Program-made: the position numbers and the translations under genes | In this document: one piece after another, positions 1 through 7,433 of the stretch | How positions within the stretch are numbered: position 1 is the first letter of the stretch | Layout of the letters: each line of letters begins with the position of its first letter | From: Thermodesulfobacteriota bacterium | GTDB taxonomy: Bacteria > Desulfobacterota > Binatia > Bin18 | DNA length: 64,000 bases | Direction: 5' to 3' | Assembly (NCBI GenBank): GCA_964291405.2 | Contig: OZ219926.1 | Span: 2,496,001-2,560,000 of the forward strand | Notes under the pieces: model-generated | The model's input: only the letters and a program-made list of their open reading frames with translations | Told to the model about the DNA's origin: nothing | The model's database searches: none

Positions 1-288
1 AATAACAATAAAATTGCGACTATACCGGCGTTCTCCTCGTCTTTGGAGGGCGAGAAATTCTCGGCGAACACGCAGACGTGCTGCTTTGGGAAATGTGTAT
101 CGGACCGTGCGAGTAGCTAGCGGCGCGCCGGCTTGAGCGGTGTCCGTACACTGAGGAGTTTGCGCCCTTTCGTGCGCCGCCTCTTGATAACCGCACGACC
201 CCCAGCTGTCCTCATCCGAACGAGAAACCCGTGCGTACGCTTTCGACTGGTATTGCTTGGTTGATAGGTCCTTTTCATCGATATTCAT
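1..288 (-). CDS. rnpA: Ribonuclease P protein component (5' part; runs off the window), apparently N-terminally extended over rpmH
   Basis: Manual translation ...[33 protein letters not shown] is a typical RnpA N-terminus, directly downstream of rpmH. The only ATG/GTG/TTG in this frame before the domain is ATG at 288. Confidence 0.85.
   Translation of the reverse strand, partial: MNIDEKDLSTKQYQSKAYARVSRSDEDSWGSCGYQEAAHERAQTPQCTDTAQAGAPLATRTVRYTFPKAARLRVRREFLALQRRGERRYSRNFIVI
117..278 (-). CDS. rpmH: 50S ribosomal protein L34
   Basis: Manual translation [53 protein letters not shown] (53 aa, below the ORF-track cutoff). Confidence 0.97.
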   Translation of the reverse strand: MKRTYQPSNTSRKRTHGFLVRMRTAGGRAVIKRRRTKGRKLLSVRTPLKPARR

Positions 289-347
289 CCGTTCCTAGTG
301 TGCTGTGCTCAGTTAGCCATCCATATCACCATACCGCTCCCAAGATG

Positions 348-1373
348 TCAATTTTCTCCTGGTGGAAACTCGGCTTTGATCTGACGTGCCAACAGGTCTG
401 TGACCACCTGCATCGGCGGTTTACCAGAATAGACAAGCTCATACATCTGCTCCACAATAGGCATATCAACTCCCAGACGCTGGGCTAAATCCAGAATCGA
501 GCGGCAGTTCCGGATGCCCTCGGCAATCGTTGTCATGGTCCGCTGAATGGCCTCCAAGGACTCTCCTCTTCCGAGCCGAATACCGACAGTGCGGTTGCGG
601 CTGAGGTCACTCGTGCATGTAAGAATAAGGTCACCCATGCCAGAGAGGCCTGATAACGTTTGGGGATTTGCTCCCATCCGGGTTGCCAAACGGACAACTT
701 CAGCCATGCCACGCGTGATTAAGGCCGCCCGCGCGTTATAGCCATAGCCTAAGCCGTCACTCACTCCGACGGCCAAGGCAATCACATTCTTGACTGCACC
801 GCCAATCTCGGCCCCAATCATGTCCGTCGTTGTGTAGACGCGAAATGTCGGAGCCGCAAACAGTGTCTGGACTCTCTGGGCGATGGCGTGATCTTTCGCT
901 GCGACCGTTACTGCGGTTGGGAGTCCGCGTACGACTTCCGCGGCAAAGCTGGGACCTGAGAGCACGGCGATCTCGTGGGCGAACCGTGGGGGGAGGGCCT
1001 CGGTGAGCACCCCACTCATCGTTTGGAGAGAATCCTGCTCAATACCTTTACTTGTGCTCACTAGCAGCGGTGTTGTCGTCAACAAAGATCCTAGCGTTGA
1101 GGCAATGGAGCGGACGGCATGGGATGGAACGGCGATAACAAGGACCTCAGCGCCGATGACTGCTGCAGACAGCTCTGGGGTAAAGCAGAGCGTCTCCGGA
1201 AGCCGCACCCCAGGCAAATAGTCCGCATTCTCTCGTGTTCTTTCAATTTTTTGGGCTAAGACCTCACGCCTGACCCACACCTGAGCCTCATGTCCGACCG
1301 AGTCTAAGAGACACGCCAGGGCGGTTCCCCACCCGCCTCCGCCAATAACAGCAACACGCATATTACTAATCAC
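348..1373 (-). CDS. gpsA: NAD(P)H-dependent glycerol-3-phosphate dehydrogenase
   Basis: GGGGWGTALA Rossmann motif, LSGPSFAAEV, GGAVKNVIA, GDLILTCTSDLSRNR. Confidence 0.96.
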   Translation of the reverse strand: MISNMRVAVIGGGGWGTALACLLDSVGHEAQVWVRREVLAQKIERTRENADYLPGVRLPETLCFTPELSAAVIGAEVLVIAVPSHAVRSIASTLGSLLTTTPLLVSTSKGIEQDSLQTMSGVLTEALPPRFAHEIAVLSGPSFAAEVVRGLPTAVTVAAKDHAIAQRVQTLFAAPTFRVYTTTDMIGAEIGGAVKNVIALAVGVSDGLGYGYNARAALITRGMAEVVRLATRMGANPQTLSGLSGMGDLILTCTSDLSRNRTVGIRLGRGESLEAIQRTMTTIAEGIRNCRSILDLAQRLGVDMPIVEQMYELVYSGKPPMQVVTDLLARQIKAEFPPGEN

Positions 1374-1390
1374 ACCCTGCAGAGGGTTCT

Positions 1391-2209
1391 TTAATGTGGA
1401 CGCCAGCCGATGACGCTGAGCTGGCGACCGGCTTGCGCTCCTTCTCTTCGGTACGAGGTAAACTCATCTGGATGGCAGAATGTACAGGGTCCAACGCTGT
1501 GAATCTGCGTCTGCGGGACGCCAGCCTGAATCAACTGCATGCGGTTTAGCGCCCGCAGGTCGAGATAGCCCTTGTCTCCCTGCCGATTCCAGGTCGTAGG
1601 CCGTCCATCTCCCCAGCGTTCAAAGAGTGGCTCTCCTACCTCAGAGCCGACTTGATAACAGCATCCCCCAATTGACGGACCCAAGGCGACCCAGAGCTGG
1701 GTGGGGGAAACGTCCCATTGTTCGGCGCATATTTCGACTGCTCGGAGGGCGATTGCCTTCTGCGTACCTCTCCATCCAGCGTGAAGAGCGCCAAGAAGAG
1801 GAAGCGTGTCCAGCTTTTTGTATCTGTTGGAGGACACGTTTCCTCTTTCGCCCCTTTTGTGTGGGGCAACAAGGAGAAGCGGTACGCAATCCGCAGTCTT
1901 GATGCCAAGCAGCACGTTTTGCTCCGTTGTGAGCATCCCGTCTGCTTCTAACCCCGGTTTTGTTTCCCCTCCTTCAATATGCACGATGGTATTCCCATGA
2001 ACCTGTGTGAGGGTATGGAGTGGACAGTCCGGGGCGCCCAAAGAAGCGTCTAATGAAGCTGCTGTGAAGGATTTTGGTAAGCGGCGGGAAAAACCATGGA
2101 TCAGACCAGGAAACGCGCTCCACGCCTCGGCTCGAATCCAGAGCTCCCGCCTGGACGGTTCTTTTGGGTTTGGAGCCGATTTAGGCAGAACTCTTCCCTC
2201 CCTTCTCAA
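1391..2209 (-). CDS. pgeF: Peptidoglycan editing factor / polyphenol oxidase YfiH family (start uncertain: TTG 2209 or CTG 2188)
   Basis: QVHG, ADG, TADCVP, HAGWRG, GPSIGGCCYQVG, CTFC...SYRR motifs. Confidence 0.9.
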   Translation of the reverse strand: MRREGRVLPKSAPNPKEPSRRELWIRAEAWSAFPGLIHGFSRRLPKSFTAASLDASLGAPDCPLHTLTQVHGNTIVHIEGGETKPGLEADGMLTTEQNVLLGIKTADCVPLLLVAPHKRGERGNVSSNRYKKLDTLPLLGALHAGWRGTQKAIALRAVEICAEQWDVSPTQLWVALGPSIGGCCYQVGSEVGEPLFERWGDGRPTTWNRQGDKGYLDLRALNRMQLIQAGVPQTQIHSVGPCTFCHPDEFTSYRREGAQAGRQLSVIGWRPH

Positions 2210-3509
2210 TAAGGGCGAGCGTTTCAATCTGGTCTGTTTGCGGAAACATATCGAATGGCTGGACCCGTCCGACGGCATAGCCAGCGTCGGTAAAACGATC
2301 AAGGTCTCGGGCGAGCGTCCGGGGCGAACAGGAGATATAGAGCAGTTTGGGCGCGTTCACTCCTATGACCGAGGAAAACGCCTCGGGGCTCAGTCCTGTC
2401 CGAGGCGGGTTGAGCACAATCCTGTCGATGGATGGGAGGGTGATAGCGATCTCTTCTATCTTCTGCGCTGCATCACCATGAAAGAAACGGGTGTTGTGGT
2501 ATCCGTTACGCCGGGCATTTTCTTTTGCAACATTCACGGCCCGTTCATTTTCCTCAATCCCGACCACAAACTTGGTCTGCGAGGCACAATACAGGGCGAT
2601 AGGACCGATTCCGCAGTACACGTCAAGAACGATTTCTTGTCCGGTCATATTGCTCCACCGGACAGCGGTTTCGTAAATGCGCTTCGCCATAGGTGGATTG
2701 ACCTGAGAAAAAGTATCCACCGGGATACTGAGGCGGACATGCCCTATTTGTTCGAGTAAAGAGTCCCGACCCCGCAAGGGGCGGAAGCGTTTCCCCCAGA
2801 TCACATTGCCCGGCTGGTCGTTGATATTATGGACAATGCCACTCAAAAAGGGAAACCGTCGTTCAAGCTGACGGGTCAAGTCGTGCACCTGGGGGAAGTG
2901 CATATGCCGGGTGACCAGCAGCAGGAGCGCTTTCCGCTGCCAAAAACTATAGCGCAGGTCGATATAGCGGAGTTGGCCGGTATCGCGCGCTTCGTCATAG
3001 GGAATAATATGCAGCCGTTCTATCGCCTGTTTGAGAAAGGCGACGATGCGGTTGACTTCTTTGGGGTGGACGGGACAAGCCGAGATGTCAAAAACCTGAT
3101 GTGTTTCAGGGACATACAGACCGATCAGGGTTTGTCCCTTGGCGCTCTGCACGGCCAGCTTAACGCGGGAGCGGTAGCCAAACTTTTTGGGCGAAGCAAC
3201 AGGCAGGGGAATATTGATCGCCCTGAGCGACGGAAATACGGCAAACGCCTCCCGCACTATGGTTTGTTTTCTTTCAAGCTGTTGATCATAGGGAACGGAG
3301 ACGAAGGGGCAGCCGTAACAGTGGGGCGCATGCGGACAGGGCGGCTTCCAGTCAGGCTTGTCGCCTGAATGGCTGTTTGGGCGCGACAACCCTGAGTTCG
3401 CCTTCTTTTTTCTGTACTGATTGTCCGGCTTTGGGACTTGGCGGGGACGCTGAGAGCCGGCGTGTCTTTTTCGAGATGTGGACGGCCGCGAGGGTTTATG
3501 TTCGGACAC
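2181..3509 (-). CDS. rlmD: 23S rRNA m5U methyltransferase, RlmD/TrmA family
   Basis: CPHAPHCYGC Fe-S motif, FSQVN, DVYCGIG, LNPPRTG, YISCSPRTLARD, DMFPQT. Confidence 0.9.
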   Translation of the reverse strand: MSEHKPSRPSTSRKRHAGSQRPRQVPKPDNQYRKKKANSGLSRPNSHSGDKPDWKPPCPHAPHCYGCPFVSVPYDQQLERKQTIVREAFAVFPSLRAINIPLPVASPKKFGYRSRVKLAVQSAKGQTLIGLYVPETHQVFDISACPVHPKEVNRIVAFLKQAIERLHIIPYDEARDTGQLRYIDLRYSFWQRKALLLLVTRHMHFPQVHDLTRQLERRFPFLSGIVHNINDQPGNVIWGKRFRPLRGRDSLLEQIGHVRLSIPVDTFSQVNPPMAKRIYETAVRWSNMTGQEIVLDVYCGIGPIALYCASQTKFVVGIEENERAVNVAKENARRNGYHNTRFFHGDAAQKIEEIAITLPSIDRIVLNPPRTGLSPEAFSSVIGVNAPKLLYISCSPRTLARDLDRFTDAGYAVGRVQPFDMFPQTDQIETLALIEKGGKSSA

Positions 3510-3643
3510 CGTGGCAGACTACAAAGCCTGCTCCTGGGTGTCAACAGAATGAGGCCGGCAGGTGAGTACAGCGTGACCCGATAACACTCTGCCCGGTATC
3601 CTCTGTTATAGAGGGGTGGAGGGTCGTCAGGTGCCTTCGGAAT

Positions 3644-4099
3644 CTAGGGTCCTGAATAGTGCTGCCCTCTCGGTACACGGGAGCGTCGTGTACCGAGCAG
3701 GAATGCGTACAGTATCCAGGTCGGTCCGCTGATGACCAGAGCATAGATCGCGATTGCCACCGGGCCGAGCAGGCCCGCGAACAGAGACGCCACCGCAGTC
3801 ACAGGTGCCAGTACGGCGAAGGCGGTCCAGGCCGTACCCGGATGCCCAATCCGCCAGAGTTTGAAACAGGCCAGGGCGAGCGGTAGGCCGCAAGGTGCCG
3901 TCACGACTAATGAAAGCCAAGCAGATGGCTCCATGGGCCAAGGCATACCACGGACCGGGGCCGTCGCGGCGATACCGGCCGGCAGCCATAATAAGGCAAG
4001 CAGACCGAATGCAAGGCGGCGCGTTATCGTCGGCACGTATCCATGATACACCCCCGTCCGGCATTCGCCAGAAGGTTGATCTGTACGTTTTTGACCCAA
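3644..4099 (-). CDS. Hypothetical membrane protein
   Basis: About four hydrophobic segments; GGAG-like RBS; co-oriented with neighbours. Confidence 0.55.
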   Translation of the reverse strand: MGQKRTDQPSGECRTGVYHGYVPTITRRLAFGLLALLWLPAGIAATAPVRGMPWPMEPSAWLSLVVTAPCGLPLALACFKLWRIGHPGTAWTAFAVLAPVTAVASLFAGLLGPVAIAIYALVISGPTWILYAFLLGTRRSRVPRGQHYSGP

Positions 4100-4134
4100 A
4101 GGAGGGAAGGCATGTGAATTCTGAGCCGGCCCGC

Positions 4135-5223
4135 TCAGGAAGCCGACCGGTATAAATGCCCGACAATTTCGGCTGCACTCATAAACTCAAAGCGCGTTTT
4201 GCCAATATCCTCTAGACATACAAATTTGACTTTTCCGGCAGTGACCTTTTTGTCCGCTTCGATCCCTATCCGGAGATGCTCCTGTGCAAGATCCTGTGGG
4301 ATGTCTACTGGTAAGCCAGCCTGTTTGATAAGGCGTACAACACGGTCACGTACCGCCGGCCGACACAAGCCCCGTTGTTGAGACAGGTGGGTGGCGAAAA
4401 CCATACCTAGCGCGACCGCCTCACCATGTAAAAAGCTTTTGTAATTGGTGGCACTTTCAATCGCGTGTCCCATGGTGTGACCGAAATTGAGAATCGCTCG
4501 ATAATCCCCTTCCGTTTCGTCTTCTTCCACGACTAGGGCCTTGAGTTGACAGCATGTTTTGACCACTGAGGTCAGAAGAGCTGGATTGACGCTCAGGAGT
4601 ACTTTGAGTTCTTCTTCAAGCAACCCGAAGAGTTCCGGACTCAGAATAGCGCCATACTTGATGACTTCTGCTATCCCTGACACAAACTCACGCTTTGGGA
4701 GCGTTTTGAGGACGGCGACATCAATCAAGACCATACGGGGCTGGTAGAAGGCGCCGATCAGATTTTTCCCTGCCGGATGGTTGATGGCCGTCTTGCCGCC
4801 GACACTCGCGTCAACCTGAGCAAGGAGAGTGGTCGGGATTTGGATAAATGGAACTCCACGCCGGAAGGTTGCCGCCGCAAAGCCCGTGAGGTCTCCGATG
4901 ACCCCTCCCCCCAAGGCGATTAAAGGCGAACTGCGCTCAATACGCCCCTCAACGAGTTTGTCATACAGAAAGGTCAGCCAGGCCAAGTTTTTGTGTTCTT
5001 CGCCCGCAGGAATCTCAATCACCACCGGCTCGAATCCCTCAGCGGTGAGAATATTGGTCACCGGATTCCGGTAGTGTTTGCCAACATGGGAATCCGTTAT
5101 CACCCCGACTCGGCCAGTGAGGAAATTTTGCTGTCTGAGGAGTTGGCCTAACGTGCCGAGGATGTCTGATCCAATGTGGATAGGGTAGGATCGCGCCCCG
5201 AGATTCAGCGTGAGCGTATCCAT
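4135..5223 (-). CDS. aroB: 3-dehydroquinate synthase
   Basis: GGGVIGDLTGFAAATF, PTTLLAQVDASVGGKT, KNLIGAFYQP, LNFGHT..HAIE, HGEAV. Confidence 0.97.
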   Translation of the reverse strand: MDTLTLNLGARSYPIHIGSDILGTLGQLLRQQNFLTGRVGVITDSHVGKHYRNPVTNILTAEGFEPVVIEIPAGEEHKNLAWLTFLYDKLVEGRIERSSPLIALGGGVIGDLTGFAAATFRRGVPFIQIPTTLLAQVDASVGGKTAINHPAGKNLIGAFYQPRMVLIDVAVLKTLPKREFVSGIAEVIKYGAILSPELFGLLEEELKVLLSVNPALLTSVVKTCCQLKALVVEEDETEGDYRAILNFGHTMGHAIESATNYKSFLHGEAVALGMVFATHLSQQRGLCRPAVRDRVVRLIKQAGLPVDIPQDLAQEHLRIGIEADKKVTAGKVKFVCLEDIGKTRFEFMSAAEIVGHLYRSAS

Positions 5224-5233
5224 AGCGGCTTTT

Positions 5234-5767
5234 CTACACAGTCGAGTCTGCTTGGGTCAAGGCTGTCAGTGTAGCCTCTACAACCGCATCCGGGTCTAAG
5301 CCCGACGTATCAACAGTGATATCCGCGCGGGCGTAGGCTTCTGCTCTGTCTGCCAGTAGTTGTTGGATCTTTTCGAGCGGATTGGGCTCCTGTAGCAACG
5401 GACGAGTGGTATCACCTTTGACACGTTGGAGAATGACTTCGGGACGAGCGGTCAGACAAATGACCGGGCCGCTCGCTTTCATCGTTTTGGCGTTTTCTCT
5501 ATCCACAATGGCTCCGCCACCTGTGGCAATCACCCTCTCTTTTTCTTGACAGACGCGGGCTATGGTTTGTCGCTCTCGTTGACGAAAGGCTGCTTCTCCC
5601 TCAGTGGCGAAGATCTGAGCAATCGACATATCCGCTTCACGCTCAATACAGGCATCCGTGTCAACAAACCTGCGGCCGAGTCGCTTTGCTAGCCGTCTGG
5701 CGACCAGGCTTTTCCCTGTTCCCATAAAGCCAACAAAAATAATGTTGCGTCCACGCCAGGAGGACAT
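5234..5767 (-). CDS. aroK: Shikimate kinase
   Basis: GFMGTGKS P-loop, DTD, GEAAFR, ATGGG, RPLL. Confidence 0.96.
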   Translation of the reverse strand: MSSWRGRNIIFVGFMGTGKSLVARRLAKRLGRRFVDTDACIEREADMSIAQIFATEGEAAFRQRERQTIARVCQEKERVIATGGGAIVDRENAKTMKASGPVICLTARPEVILQRVKGDTTRPLLQEPNPLEKIQQLLADRAEAYARADITVDTSGLDPDAVVEATLTALTQADSTV

Positions 5768-6076
5768 TACAATGTCTTATACGTTCGAGCGTGCGACTTG
5801 TGTGCTAGCCAGGGAGCTTTGCCGTGGCCAACCAAAACCCCACCACCACTTTCATCGACAGCGACCTGAAGAGCGCCGACCTAAGCAGCCCATTCAGGGC
5901 GCTGTCCCACTAAGCAAAACTCCCTGGCCCTAGCGGCAATAAGGATTGCCGCCTTCACCACCACCCCACCCAAAACGTCGCCCTGTGTGTTGTCTATAAC
6001 GAGCCAGGGCGGAGAAGATTTTCTTGATGGAAGCTTGAGGCCGTCCTATAACCCTCCAATTTTACTGAGTTTTTTG

Positions 6077-6111
6077 TATAGGGGCGGACGGGGTATGCGC
6101 CCGCCCCTATA
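6077..6111. repeat. REP-like palindrome TATAGGGGCGGACG-GGGTATG-CGCCCGCCCCTATA
   Basis: Near-perfect 14-bp inverted repeat resembling (G)TAG-GGGCG...CGCCCC-TA REP elements. Confidence 0.6.
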
Positions 6112-6295
6112 TTCGTCTCTCCATTTCCACCACCACATCCACATCGTACCCCCACTGATAGAGACGCGCGAAGGCTCGAGGCCAACCTCGACAGCACCGC
6201 ACTACAACCTCAGTATGTTCATACCTGGCTTCCAAGCCTTCGAGTGTCCCTACCACTTCCAACACAGACTCTCCTTGTTCAGATCTTCGATGGGC

Positions 6296-6497
6296 GAGAA
6301 GCCTACAAGTCTGAGAACTCTCCCAACACGTCTTCCACACCGCTACCGCTGGGTTCCCAGGCTTCTAGGTTTTTCGATTTCCCCATCACTCACATCAACC
6401 ACAGCCTCCACAGCTTCGTTCTCATGTATGAGAAGCCCACAAGTCTAAGAACTCTCCCACTCCATCGCCGCTGGGTTCTCAGGCTTCTAGGTTTTTC
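6296..6497. repeat. Two direct copies of an imperfect ~25-bp-stem hairpin element (6296-6375 and 6430-6497)
   Basis: GAGAAGCCyACAAGTCTrAGAACTCTCCCA ... CCGCTGGGTTCyCAGGCTTCTAGGTTTTTCGATT occurs twice; the two halves are reverse-complementary. Confidence 0.85.
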
Positions 6498-6504
6498 GAT
6501 TCCA

Positions 6505-7197
6505 CTACCTCCACTCACTTACGGACGCGTTACACCAAAAAGGTTCATTCACACGAGATATCGAAGGAGTTTGGGCTAACTGCGTCAGATCTGCATTCTC
6601 GGCAATGAAAAGAATCTGGGCATCCCTGTGTTTCGAGCTGCCCGTTTTGGTTTTCCGACCAATACGGGCAGTCAGAATCGCCTCATTGGTGTCAACAGAA
6701 ACCGGAGGAGTCTCATCCAGTGCCAACTCGACAACGAGACGCATGCGGCCTGCCGAACTGCTCACTCGGATTTCCTCAATCTGAGGGTCTTCCGCAATAT
6801 ACTTTGCGACCTGAGGCGGCGCCTCAATTGAGTCGGTGACATCAATGGCAAGACGGCTCGGCGCGCTGAGGGGAAAGCAATGCAGGTTTTCCGGGGGGCG
6901 AGAGAAGCGAAACATGACGTTCCGTTGCTCAGCGTCCGTAATTACACGGATCTCGTGAAGCTGAAGTGGCTCAATATGCGCCCTTTTCGGAGTATAAGTC
7001 CTTTTCGGGAGACGTCCGAGGCGAAGCATGACAATGCGTTGCCCGGCATCCTGAATTGTCGGTTCGGGAGGAGGCAAGGTTGAAGGTCCTCCTCTCAAAC
7101 TCCGTGGCTGATGAGTGCAGGCCCCTGCACTCAGGCAGACCCATAACGGGACTGCTATTTTTATGGTGTGTCTGTCTAACAAGCTCCGCATCCTCAC
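6505..7197 (-). CDS. AMIN-domain lipoprotein resembling a PilQ N-terminus (no secretin domain)
   Basis: Lipobox-like LSAGAC; F.L..PSRLAIDV and IRVS....MRLVVEL AMIN signatures; sits upstream of aroKB, where pilQ is often found. Confidence 0.65.
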   Translation of the reverse strand: MRMRSLLDRHTIKIAVPLWVCLSAGACTHQPRSLRGGPSTLPPPEPTIQDAGQRIVMLRLGRLPKRTYTPKRAHIEPLQLHEIRVITDAEQRNVMFRFSRPPENLHCFPLSAPSRLAIDVTDSIEAPPQVAKYIAEDPQIEEIRVSSSAGRMRLVVELALDETPPVSVDTNEAILTARIGRKTKTGSSKHRDAQILFIAENADLTQLAQTPSISRVNEPFWCNASVSEWR

Positions 7198-7433
7198 TCT
7201 ATTTAGGACACTGCGTTCGTGATCTTGAGACGCGATCCCTGCCCACGAACCTCAACCATCTTGATTGAGCTTGAACCGATGTCGAGGCTGAGGTAGCCTT
7301 TATCCAATTCAAATGGAACTAGAGAAGTCAGGGGATTGGCAAGGCGTCCAAGAGTTTCGTTCAGGGTAGCCATGATAATCTTAATCTAAGTATTTCCAGC
7401 ACTTACTATGCAATACAAAAACTAATTTGTCAA

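Noticed and set aside
5499-5507. DnaA box / oriC near rpmH
   Set aside because: A single mismatched box (CTATCCACA) inside aroK; no cluster.
5805-5935. 6S RNA or SRP RNA
   Set aside because: A long stem is present, but I could not see the 6S symmetric central bubble or the SRP GGAA tetraloop domain; left unassigned.
6296-6501. Possible CRISPR array
   Set aside because: Only two units, each a long inverted-repeat pair; irregular spacing; no cas genes in the window.
5987-6579. Plus-strand ORFs 5987-6448 and 6244-6579
   Set aside because: They are translations of the repeat region, with no RBS and no protein-like features.
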